Notes under the pieces: model-generated
Told to the model about the DNA's origin: nothing
What the model saw: the letters and a program-made list of their open reading frames with translations, nothing else
The model's database searches: none
Translations under genes and position numbers: made by a program
Shown: one piece after another, positions 39,887 to 51,595 of the stretch
Position numbering within the stretch: the first letter of the stretch is position 1
Layout: every line of letters begins with the position of its first letter
NCBI RefSeq assembly: GCF_006345805.1
Contig: NC_043004.1
Span: forward strand, 36,084,001 to 36,148,000
DNA from: Octopus sinensis
Taxonomy: Eukaryota
Length of the DNA stretch: 64,000 bases
Reading direction: 5' to 3'

Positions 39887-39897
39887 TTCTGACACCA
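39887..39897 (-). promoter_or_regulatory. Primer-binding site TGGTGTCAGAA
   Basis: Abuts the 5' LTR; complementary to a tRNA 3' end ...TTCTGACACCA, as in tRNA-Leu(CAA) (identity from recall, not checked). Confidence 0.8.
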
Positions 39898-40133
39898 TGT
39901 TGTGTTATATATATTATAATGTATTGTATTAAAGGAAGTAGTGAGTACTTAGTATGAAAGATTAAGAAAATGAGAGAGACTGAAACAACGTGTTAACGAT
40001 ACAAGATACTTTATTCGACTGCCGTTGTTGTACAAGTTAATTGTTTTGGCGGGAAACAAAGTGAAAGTCCTTTTATCAAGGGAGACAATGGGCGACGTTG
40101 ATTGTTCATGTTTGTTGTGATGATTATATAACA
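39898..40133 (-). repeat. 5' LTR (236 bp)
   Basis: Matches 35600-35839. Confidence 0.95.
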
Positions 40134-41099
40134 GTGTGCAGTAAAAACTCGGAAACCCTCACCAGAAATTTCTTTATGCTAAAAATAACAGCTGGTACAC
40201 AGAAATGTGTTATTAAGACGACTTATCTGCATACGTTTTTTTTCTCACTTTAAGTAAATTCCCAGGTAAACGTTTCTCATAGAAAGGCGGAAGTCATTAG
40301 AAGCACGGTTAAATATATGGAAGTGTAAAGCATAATTTGATACATAATCTCAGTAAAATTTGGTAAATTTTTATATTAACACCCACACGATTTTCATTAA
40401 GAAAAAAAAAAAGAACTCGAACTTTTTGCGTGGAATCAAGTACCCTGACCTAATATGCTGCAAATTCCTTATTTTGGTTCAGAAGAGGGGGGGTAGCCCC
40501 CCCCCCCCACCATCCCGGACTCATTTGAAATTATTTTCTTTTTTTCGTTGAATGAATTCCTGTGACCTCTTAATATGCTACAAGACCTTTTTGGGGGTCC
40601 AAAATACGGATCCCCAAATGTTTTGATTCTGGATGAAGGAGTTGTGGTGCCCATGGACTTCAGAAGTTCTTTGAGCATCATCCATTTTTGTTGGTTATAT
40701 GTACCCAAGTTTTGAACAAAGCTCTCAAGAACATTCCATATACATATATGTATACACACGTGCACACACACATACACACACACGTACACACACACACACA
40801 CACACCACAATTGTACAAGATTATCATTCAAATCCCAGGAAATATCAGTGTATTTACATGATGAAATTCCAAGTTGTGGAATGATCCTCTTGACAACATA
40901 ACAAATCTATCAAATTATCAAGCCTCATCTTAAACAATGAAACATTTTAATATCAACATCTAAGTCTTGGATGGTTTGATCTCTGATGGCTATCAGGAGA
41001 TCTGAACTAAGAATGTGTCAATGACATTATCACCAATTATTTACAAATATAGCTTCCTTATATCAATCTTGAGGCCTTTGTAAATGTCTGCATTTTAGG

Positions 41100-41140
<41 letters not shown>

Positions 41141-41348
41141 TATTAAATAAATAAAACATATGCATATATACATATATATATGTACGTACCTACCTCTACA
41201 TGTATATATACATGCATATATGGGTACAGGACACCAAAAAAAGTCGAACACAATGAGAAACGAAAACATAAACACAAAACCAAGGAAATGGACTTTTTTT
41301 TAAAACAACGAAAAAATAGAGTACAGGACATACAAAACAAGGAAAATT

Positions 41349-41409
41349 CCCCTTCTTCAGTCGCCTTAATTTCATCTACTCCATGTTTCGAAGGTCAAGG
41401 CGATACATG
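41349..41409 (-). ncRNA. Candidate non-circularly permuted hammerhead ribozyme (copy 1)
   Basis: CATGT A^ TCGCCTTG a CCTTC GAA ACATG linker TAAGGCGA CTGAAGA AGGGG: stem III 5 bp, stem I 8 bp, weak stem II. Confidence 0.6.
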
Positions 41410-41572
41410 ACTTCAATGAAAATTTCCTTCCCGTGAAAATCAAATTAAAGTTCAGTAGAAATTTAGATTCAGTTGAATATGGTACTTAAGTTAAAGGCAC
41501 CAGAATTTGGTATGGTATTATCAAAATTGGGTGATTATAATCAAAATAAGCAACAAGGATATCCAAAGGCAG

Positions 41573-41660
41573 TGCAGTACAATCGTTTCATGTGACTTCA
41601 TTTAATTAAACAATGCAAGTATTACATCAGTTTTAAAATGTAGAACAATCTTCAGCTGCA
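41573..41660 (-). ncRNA. Type I hammerhead ribozyme, homolog of 25681-25773
   Basis: tgcag CTGAAGA (59-nt stem II) GAAACG AT TGTA^ ctgca; downstream ccttgttgcttattttgatt is shared with the 25.6 kb copy. Confidence 0.8.
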
Positions 41661-42906
41661 TATGGATTCATTTTTATACTTATTCCATTTATCAACATTA
41701 CAAAGATGGCAGGTAGATAGACAGAGAGGCAAGTCTCATCAACAGAAACATGGTAGTAAATGATATTTAATCATTGATATATATATATGCAAGAGTAAAA
41801 TGTTAGATGATGGTTATAGATCAAACTGTTCAAAGCATAAAATTTAGATGAAATATTAAAAAGATGTTTTGTGTGTGAAGTTGAAAGAGGTAAATAGTCA
41901 AAACACTTATAATCAAATTAGTAATGAATGATCTCATTAATTTAGATCTTGGCTTGTATCAAGTGTTTACTGGAGAATTTTTATGATTTTTAAAGTTGGT
42001 AAAGGCACAAAGCATATTGTTCTTGTTCTCTGCCTGGCAACCAATATTTTGGGAGAGGAATACATAAACTATAGGTGCCTTCTAACAGAAAGATGGAAGG
42101 TACCTATTCTTTATGCATTCTTGGTTATTTATACAACGTACTAAAGAACATATCTACTTATTTATTAACCAGTTTTTTTTTGTGATGAGTATAAAATTTC
42201 TACATCTGTCCAATATATGTGCAGCACAAAACATCTGCACATGCATGTTTCAATTCTATTGTCCTCACTGGTGCAACTGTATCAAATATATTGAATAGAT
42301 GTATTGCTTACATCCATTGTAGGATGCAGAGTTGGATAACAAATCTACAGGGATATTCTATGAGACATTATAGCTACGAAATGAAACCCTTTAAATTCAT
42401 CAGTAATCTAATAATATTTCTGGTTGTGTACATATCTGCCCAACCAGAGCTGAATTGGAACTAAGAAATAACAACCATATACAAACCACACCAGAGACTA
42501 TCATCTAATTCTGTGTCTCACATGAAATCTAAAACAACATTAAACACACACATACACAGACTAAAATGGTTCAGCTCCACTAGAGACATATTCTCTTCAT
42601 GTCACAGCATTCTGGGTGTTGTTTGAATCATCTTTATAGCCTCACATATTGCTGTCATCCTTATATTTTTATTCTATACTGACAAAGATAGATCTTCAAC
42701 ACATTATATTGTTATTCTTCTTGATCTGAACTTGTTTGTGAGGCCAAACCTCCTGAGCAATGCTTTCACCATCTTTTCTGTTTAGTCCAATTTTTCTTAT
42801 CCTTTGTTGTGATCACATTTATAAGGATTTCATAGCAGCAGCAGCAGCAACACAAGCAGCACCAACAATATTTTAAATCTATTTTGTCCATGCAAACAAG
42901 AGTTAA

Positions 42907-43126
42907 CCCTTTCATTACCAACCCGGCTGAAACTGCCTCTGGCTCTGTGGTACAAATGTCTTGTTTTCATAAGTTTTGAATTAAAATTTTCCTGCAACCC
43001 TTAGTCACAATTTATGTTCCTAACACTAGCTTAATGATAACTAAGTTATTTTACTAAATCTTTGTTATATTTTAAGTAAATGAAAGAAACACAGAGCATC
43101 TCAAAATAAATACGGTAATGAAAGGG
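42907..43126 (+). mobile_element. Intact TTAA (piggyBac-type) MITE, 220 bp
   Basis: ttaa|ccctttcattac ... gtaatgaaaggg|ttaa; older copies near 1070-1490, 17545-17745 and 60555-60805. Confidence 0.9.
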
Positions 43127-43905
43127 TTAAAGCAAAACTGTCTCAGTAGCATTATACAGCTGGGTGCCCTTCCTGTCACCAATCCTTACTTGTCTTTCAA
43201 GCAAGGTATTTTTATTTCACTGCTTTCTACACACAACAAAACTGTGAGTTACAAGATACATTGTTTAGTTGAGACACAAACAGGGTCCCTGTTTTTGTTC
43301 ATGCAGCACCAAAGTGAAGACATGCAGAAAACACTTACACACACACATACACACACATTATCTAAAAGTTTCTGTCCACCAAACTTTCCTCTCTAGGTAT
43401 TGGAAGACATTTGTCAGAAGTGCCACATAGAGGATGGAATCAGAAACACCATAGCCATAAAATAAGTTTTCTAAACAGTCAATAGATGCAATGCTTATAA
43501 GCATCTATTAATACATTTCTACCTATATACAATTATTAATTAGGCATAAATTAATCAATATAATTTGAGGCATGATAACATTTATTAAGTCTCATTTGTT
43601 AGGTTCCAATATTGTTTTTGTGACTTTGAGTAAATTACATGACTTTGCTTCTTCCAGTCTGCCTCACTGAAAAACCAGATTCCATTCTTTTTTAAAATTT
43701 GGTGGTTATCAAGAGTAACAAGCTCATCTGCAAAAAAAAAAAAAAAGACATTCCGACAAACAAGTTCTGTCAATTTAAAACTGAAAATGGTAAAAATAGA
43801 ATTTACTTTCTTCAATGTGCAACTATTGAAATATTTGGACTTTAATTCGATATATCTATTATTTGGCTATACATTTTAAAATTTTAGTTATTCTATAGTT
43901 TACCA

Positions 43906-43907
<2 letters not shown>

Positions 43908-43971
<64 letters not shown>

Positions 43972-43972
43972 T
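43908..43972. repeat. (ATT)n microsatellite
   Basis: Read directly from the sequence. Confidence 0.95.
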
Positions 43973-44541
43973 TTTGTTTTATGAACAGCCATGGTCCATT
44001 AGACTTGTGTTTGTTTCTCAATGTGTGTGGCATTAAGTTGATGAGAAACAAATCTCCCTGGATAAGATTTCACTCAATGATTGCAGGTAATTTTCCCAAG
44101 GGCCAAATTAAACTTAATACTACAAGTTAATGAATCATTCATTAATTAAATTATGCTACTGCTTACAGCAATGAATTATACGAAACAAAGGGGCCTCTAT
44201 GTAGCCATTCAACCTGCTAGATATAGCTGCCAAATTTACCCACAATCTTACATAGCTGACTTAAAACATGGAAAATACATTAAACAATGTAATTCTAAAT
44301 ACATGTAACAAGATGAGATGTCATGGCTGGAATGTCTTAGATTATAGGTTTACTCAGAGCTGATTGAGGCTGAAGAGCAGCAGCTACCTTGTAGATATTA
44401 AAGAAATGATAAGAAAACAGAAATTATGTAATCAACTTCTCATTTGTTCCCTTCTCATTGCTTTAATTTCATGTTACACAATGCATTATGCTGAAGCATA
44501 ACTATATTGAGTTGCTTATTAGTATCACTGTACCATATTGT

Positions 44542-44584
<43 letters not shown>

Positions 44585-44678
44585 TATATATATGTAGGTC
44601 CCGGGTTGAGTCGGGGTTAACCACAGTAAATAAGGTACTCAATACATAGCAGAGTAAATTAATTTATTTTATAGAAGG

Positions 44679-44729
44679 AGCTTCTACAGGACTAGAACTG
44701 TTTCATTCAAAAGAAATCATCAGGAAGCT
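44679..44729 (-). ncRNA. Type I hammerhead ribozyme (minus arm, identical sequence)
   Basis: Mirror image within the perfect palindrome 44670-44785. Confidence 0.8.
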
Positions 44730-44776
44730 TCCTGATGATTTCTTTTGAATGAAACAGTTCTAGTCCTGTAGAAGCT
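44726..44776 (+). ncRNA. Type I hammerhead ribozyme (plus arm of the palindrome)
   Basis: agcttc CTGATGA t-ttc-tttt-gaa-t GAA ACAG ttctagtc CTGT A^ gaagct; cleavage after 44770. Confidence 0.8.
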
Positions 44777-45008
44777 CCTTCTATATATATATATATATAT
44801 ACTACTAATATAGGATGAATTTTTTTTTACTGAAAAAATTTCATCAAAAAGTGGCAGCATATTAAAATACCTCTATATATATATATTAGTGGTCATTAAT
44901 TATATATTAATTAGTGGTCATTCGAATAGCGCTATTGTCTAAATAGCAGTCAATAACACAGTAATTTCCCTTTGTATAACGGTCTTTTTTTATAGCCTTT
45001 TTCCGATG

Positions 45009-45078
45009 GCCGGATAACTGAAGTGATGGTGGTGTGGATTTCCACCTCGGCATCCGAAACTCAGAGTTTTATCTTGGC
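45009..45078 (+). ncRNA. Degenerate type I hammerhead
   Basis: gccggataa CTGAAGT gatg..catcc GAA ACTC a GAGT T^ ttatcttggc; A9 replaced by U. Confidence 0.45.
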
Positions 45079-45252
45079 TACCAAATAATTGTCACATGTT
45101 ACATTTACAGATAAATTCCTCTATTTACATAATATTGAGGTCTCTTTCTTTCTTTTGTTATCTTACCGTTTTTACCAATATATATATATATATATATAGA
45201 AATATTAAAATTACTAAGTCTCTATAAAAGAGATTACGGCAGCGTTTACTGG

Positions 45253-45514
45253 AAATTAATTGTTATCGCCATATTAATATGGCATTCTTATAGATATAAG
45301 AATAATCGCTGCCGCTGGTCAGCTCCATGAGGCCACCGCCATCAAGATATCTATTGATACATGATCTGTATCCATTATAACCTTTGAAGGTTATAATGGA
45401 TACAGATCGTGTATCAATAGCTATCTTGATGGCGGTGGCCTCATGGAGCTGACCAGCGGCAGCGATTATTCTTATATCTATAAGAATGCCATATTAATAT
45501 GGCGATAACAATTA

Positions 45515-45518
<4 letters not shown>
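45253..45518. repeat. 266-bp near-perfect palindrome in a TA-flanked insert
   Basis: 133 mirrored positions with 3 mismatches (45350/45421, 45362/45409, centre 45385/45386). Confidence 0.95.
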
Positions 45519-45548
<30 letters not shown>

Positions 45549-46189
45549 CAGGCATAGTATATCTTGAACTACATTAGCCAATGTGTTTTTTCTTTTCTGA
45601 AGATGGGGGAAAGGAATTTAAGGGGGAATTGACTGACATTTCTTGCAAGTGGGATGACCACTTAAAAACCCTTTTGTTGTGTTAGTGTCTTTAATTTTGT
45701 TTAATACAGAATGAATTGTGATATTATAGGGATTAAATGCTGTGCTAAATCCTTTCCTACAACATCACACTAACCATGGCTCTTGTGCCTTGTTTAATAG
45801 GATTAAATATAGGTTTGGCATCCGTTCAGCTAATTAGTCTGCTAGTGTATAATTATGGCATTAATTGTTAGGATTTCAAAAATAATTTTGGTGAGGGGCC
45901 TTCTACATGGTTGCTCAAAATGTTAGAAATGATAGTCAAATCTCTTAAGATCATTTATTTAGTGTTTTGCATACTGTTTCTTAAATCTCAGCGTCAAACA
46001 CTTTTGCCATTTCATACCAATGAAAAGCCTCCACAAAGTTACTTGACCAGCTTGAAATCACAGTCATATTCTCTATCAAATCACACACAATGATCTACAA
46101 ACTGCAGAAGTGGCACATGGAATAATCCAGTAGTGCTGGAAATGACTTGAAAAATATGTGATAGTCATGGTTGGAATGTCACCAATGTT

Positions 46190-46720
46190 TAACCATGATA
46201 GAACCCCTTGGGCAGTAACAATAACAAAAGTTGTCCACCTGCTCTATCTTAGCTCTCAGACCATCCAGTGCTGTCAGCGCAATGGACAGTGAGCCTTCTC
46301 CAGACGTCCAGATTGCTTGCTTACCTCCTGGCTCCAGTCAGGCTACAACTCCCAATGCTATAATGTCATCCCAAAATGTACTGCACCGCATCTTTCTTGG
46401 CCTTCCCCTTGGTCCCTTTCCTCCTTCCTCTCTTCATTCCATCACAATGGCAACATATCTCTCTTGTTGCAATTGAAGAACATAACCAGTAAACCATATC
46501 TGCCACTTAGTCAGCATCTCCTGCAAACTCTCTGTGCCTGATCTTCTCGTCACTTCTTTGTTTCTCACTCTGTCCTGGTAAGAGATGCCCAGAAATGAAC
46601 ATAGGCAATGATAACGGAACACATCCAGCAGTTGGGAGATCTTTCCTCTCTTCTACATTTCACAGGCATACATGGTTGTTGGTATAACAGTTCACTTGCA
46701 ACCCTTGTTTTATCAGTGGC
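46190..46720 (-). mobile_element. RTE LINE 3' fragment
   Basis: CLCSFLGISYQDRVRNKEV..QIWFTGYVLQL, matching CLRRILGI.W.D.V.N.EV..LRW.GHV. Confidence 0.8.
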
Positions 46721-48059
46721 TGCCTCAAAGAATTCACAGGTAAGAGTCATATCATCATTATCTTCATCATCATCAACTACAGCATCATTTAACATCTATC
46801 TTCCATGTTAGCATTTGTTGTACAGTTTGACAGGAGCTGACAAACCAGAGGACAGCACCAAGCTCCAATGGCTGCTTTGACACAGTTTTTACCATTGGAT
46901 GTCCTTCCTGCCATCAACCACTCTATAGAGTGAACTAAGTGTCTTTCACATGGCACCAGCACCATATATTTTCATTAAATGTTTTGCCTTCTTCCAAAAC
47001 CCACAGCTTTATTGTTTGGTGTATATCATCTTATTAACTATTCAGCAATTAGACTCCACCATAAAACTGATGTTTTTTTTCTATCTAAAGACGTGTATCA
47101 CATTGTTTGATAGAGTGACTGGTTGTTATGTATTAGGTTTTATTTCTTTAAAATGGTGAAGCCAAATGTTATATTAGCAACCCCAGAAGAACACATGTAT
47201 GCAAATGTAAGCAGGAATAAACATACATGTACATACACATAGATGTACACACACAAACGTGCACTCACACATACATATAAGCAAATACAGCTTAAAATAT
47301 GGTTATATAAGCAAATACAGCTTAAAATATGGTGGTAGAAAGAGGGTGATGGGAGGGGAGAGAGAATATAAATGCAGTGAAAGGTTTTTAAGAAGACATC
47401 TATACATACACAGACATAAGGGTAGATAGATAGATAGAGAGAGAGAGTGAATGAGACTGATTAGTGAGGAGAGGTTGATATATTGGTATGACTAAGTTAC
47501 TAGTTTCTTATTAAATGCTTCATAAATCTTTCTCTAAATCAAGGCATTGTGTTGTGTCAATAAACCAGTCTCTGATATCTCCGTAAGCCAAAATGGATTC
47601 TTTGAGGTCCCTCAAGGAAGAAAATTCTTCAAGAATACATACGTACATACATATGTATGTGAATACATATATCTCTCTAATATACCTATATTTGTCACAT
47701 TCTATCTATCTACACACACATACTTGTGTAAACACAAACACACACACATGCATGCACACACATGTATATATCATTCTTTACAATTCAACAAGTATTTTCC
47801 ATATTTCATGATTCCATGTTCTAAAGAATCTGTTACGTGGAATTTCTTCACTTCTCTGGATCATTTCTTGTTTTATCTGCACAATATATTTCTCTCAAAC
47901 TGGTTGCATTTCTTCCTCCAGGTCTCTTCCACTAGTCTACTTCCTCTATCGTTAACCTCCACCATTTTCTTTTTACTTGATGAGTTTGCATATAGGGACA
48001 GGCCCATGGCCATCACAGACTCCATTAGCCCTCATGGGCCCCCAAGGCCCACCTGAGCA

Positions 48060-48290
48060 GATGACATTAACGTTATTTATGTTCCCCTTAAAGGTCAAAA
48101 CCTGCCAATAATACATGGACAAAGCAAGAATTCCAGAAGACCAACATTCTGGGAAGAAAGAACCTTAGCACAGTGATTAGTGAGGGCTCTGGTAGGGGTC
48201 GGGTGGATACAATAAGGTTGATGGGGAGAGGAGAGATGAATTGTGTCAGGAATGCCTGAGTGGAGATTAATTTCAATCCACAGCATCTAT
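48060..48290 (-). mobile_element. CR1/L2-like LINE 3' fragment
   Basis: Minus strand ...RFFLPRMLVFWNS...FDL..FK, typical FF.R....WN.LP terminus. Confidence 0.5.
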
Positions 48291-48722
48291 CCCTACACCA
48301 AAAACTGTCCAGTTATTTCCTCACACATTTTCTGTCTCTGATGTACAAACACTAATTCTCATATAAACAGCCTTTCTTCTAGGTTAGTGCTCCACTTCTG
48401 CCAAAGATATTCTTTATCTCTAAAATTTCTAAAAAATCTCACATATTTCATTTATAAAGAAGGACAACAATGTTATTGCTAATTAAAGAAACACTTATAA
48501 ACCTGCTTCATTCTATTTTTGTTCTAACCATTATACTTGTAAGCTCACTTCATCCAGATAGGCAGGCAGGCAGTCTTCCACCGAAAGGAATGAGGAGAGA
48601 AAAAGAGATGGAGAAAGGAAAAAAGTAGAGAGAAAAAACATTTCTGGATTAACAGCTGCACATGTTGAATTGATATACATATAGATATAAACATATAAAC
48701 GTATATATATATGTGTATATAT

Positions 48723-48765
<43 letters not shown>

Positions 48766-48971
48766 AAATAACTCTGCAGTAACAAAGTTTCTAAGGTGGT
48801 ATTAGCATCTTTTAGCATCTATTTCTAGTGTGTAGAGAGGCTTATAGCCAATTCCTTGTTATAATTATGCATATAATTGTTATAATATTTGTAAAATTCG
48901 CCGATAAGGTTTTTATTTCCACGCTGACCCCTTGGTAGAATTATTAATGATTTTTACCCTTTACTATAATT

Positions 48972-49002
<31 letters not shown>

Positions 49003-50113
49003 TCTTTATATATATTGAAAAATATAAGCCAAAACTTAACCATTTCTAACATTTTTAAATAAGGAAACTTACATTTTAGAAAAAATATAAAGCAAAACCT
49101 AACTACTTGTCACATTCTATTCCTTCTAAACCAAATCATGTTAAATTAATCAAGCCTAGTCATTCCCAACATTTTTGATTATCTCCCTTATACCGAAAAA
49201 TTCCCTGATTACCTTCCTGTCAGGAACTCCATATTTCACAACATAGTGAAGAGATGACACAATATAGGTAAAGAAATTTGAAAAGAAAATACGAAACTGG
49301 TTAGTTCTCCAAAAACAATGTTACTATACACAAAATTTTATAACATTTTTCTAACATAATGATTTAAATATAATCTTTAACCATATAACACAAGCCTTCT
49401 GTAGTTTTTTCACTCAATTTTATCTTTTATACATCCAACCACATGCTTTCACATACCAACTCTCACCTATATATATATCATCATCATCATCGTTTAACGT
49501 CCGTTCTCCATGCTAGCATGGGTTGGATGGTTCGACCGGGGATCTGGGAAGCCAGAAGGCTGCCCCAGGCTCCAGTCTTATCTGGCAATGTTTCTGCAGC
49601 TGGATGCCCTTCCTAACGCCAACCACTCCAAGAGTGTAGTGGGTTCTTTTTACGTGCCACCTGCACTGGAGCCAGGCGAGGCTGGCATCAGCCATGGTTG
49701 GATTGGTGCATTTTACATGCCACCTGCACGGAAGCCAGTCGAGGCGGCACTGGCTTCAGTCACGATTCGGATGGTGCTTTTTACGTGCCACCAACATGGA
49801 AGCTAGTCAAGGCGGCGCTGGCATCGGCCATGATTCCGATCGTGCTTTTTACATATCTCCAGTCCAGGGGTCCTGACATCTGCCAGGTGCCAGTCATAGG
49901 ATTGGTTCAATTTTGATTCCGATTTCGATTTCACTTGCCCCAACAGGTCTTCGCAAGGGGGGTAGGCATAGGTGCCTGTCGTCGGATGAGGTTCGATATC
50001 GACTTCGCTTGCCTCAACAGGTCTTTGTGTGTCCAAGGGAGGAAAGGCATGCATAAGTGGGCTGGACTCACTTGTCCTGCCTGGTCTTTTCACGCACAGC
50101 ATATTTCCACAGC

Positions 50114-50145
<32 letters not shown>

Positions 50146-51089
50146 TATATGAGTCTCCTGAAACGAATTCACAAACACACATGTAGCATCCAAAGGTTCC
50201 TCTTTTTCCCTCTGATGATATTACGCTCATGTCACATAAATGTAAATTTAATGTTTTAATAGAAATGGCTTTAAGTGAAGATGACCAATTTGCTGTTAAT
50301 TATAAACAATTATTAACTTCCCAATCTCCATTTTCTTCTTCTTCTTTTAAATGAATATAAGCTATATATGTATATATAATGGTAAGCAGAGTTAGTAGTT
50401 GGAATAACCATCTAAGGGGTAAGAATATCTGTTCTTACTATCGGTATCATTTACCTATGCTATCCCTGGGTATGGGTATGCAAGCACACTATGCTCGTAA
50501 GGTATAGGGAATAACTGAATCAAATAACTGAATTACAGGAATCAAATTTGAATAAGCAGAAAAATAGAGAAAACTTTTGATCAAACAAACAAATTGACCG
50601 ACATCAGTTAATTACTTTTTAATGCTAAAAATAACATAACATTACATAATATAATGTTATGTTTTGTATTAAAAAATATTTAACCGATATTGGTCAAATT
50701 TGTTTGTTGATCAAAAGTTTTCTCCAGTTTTCTAGAAACAACAAAGCCTTCAACATTATCACCCAAAATCTATCCATTCTCATTCTCACAGGAGATAAAA
50801 CGATGAACAAAATTTTAGGCTCACACAAAATTATCAAGAGCAAAATGCAACCGAAATCATTGAAAAAATATTAACCAATGCAATGGAACCAAATGTGAAA
50901 AAATGCTGTTGGCCTAACTTTGGCACATGCCCCCAGAGTGAATTGTGTCATAGTGCTGTTTTTCTCACAGATGGTACCCAACTAACCTTACTACCTTACT
51001 GTACTGTGTAGCTGACAAAATCAAAAACAAACAATATGCACATGCAAAATTAAAAGTATAACATGGCGACAATTTACCCATCGCACCTT

Positions 51090-51132
<43 letters not shown>

Positions 51133-51136
<4 letters not shown>

Positions 51137-51331
51137 CTTTATTTAAAAGCAGCAGAAATTTAACAAAAGCTGTTACTCGGAGTTTCATGAGTGAAACTCG
51201 GAGTAACAGCTTTTGTTAAATTTCTGCTGCTTTTAAATAAAGCATATTACTCTACCTCTGGTATTTGAGTACTCTTTTCTCCACCTTGTTTCACATATAT
51301 GTGTTTACTCTGGTATATATATGTATATATA

Positions 51332-51378
<47 letters not shown>

Positions 51379-51557
51379 CTTTATTTAAAAGCAGCAGAAA
51401 TTTAACAAAAGCTGTTACTCGGAGTTTCATGAGTGAAACTCGGAGTAACAGCTTTTGTTAAATTTCTGCTGCTTTTAAATAAAGCATATTACTCTACCTC
51501 TGGTATTTGAGTACTCTTTTCTCCACCTTGTTTCACATATATGTGTTTACTCTGGTA
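51133..51557 (+). repeat. Tandem duplication (242-bp period) of a TA-flanked fold-back unit holding the 3' half of a hammerhead
   Basis: Arms 51137-51187 and 51192-51242 (1 mismatch, 4-nt loop); GAAACTC g GAGTA^acagc at 51193-51210; unit repeated at 51375-51557. Confidence 0.85.
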
Positions 51558-51595
51558 TATATATGTATATATATATATATATATATATTATATAG

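Larger units (their letters stand above)
35600..40133 (-). mobile_element. Full-length Ty3/Gypsy LTR retrotransposon
   Basis: Near-identical TG..CA LTRs, 5-bp TSD GTGTG (35595-35599 and 40134-40138), PBS, PPT, domain order gag-PR-RT-RH-INT. Confidence 0.97.

Noticed and set aside
48760-48970. TA-flanked insert checked for a hammerhead
   Set aside because: No CUGANGA or GAAA..UH arrangement found on either strand by eye.
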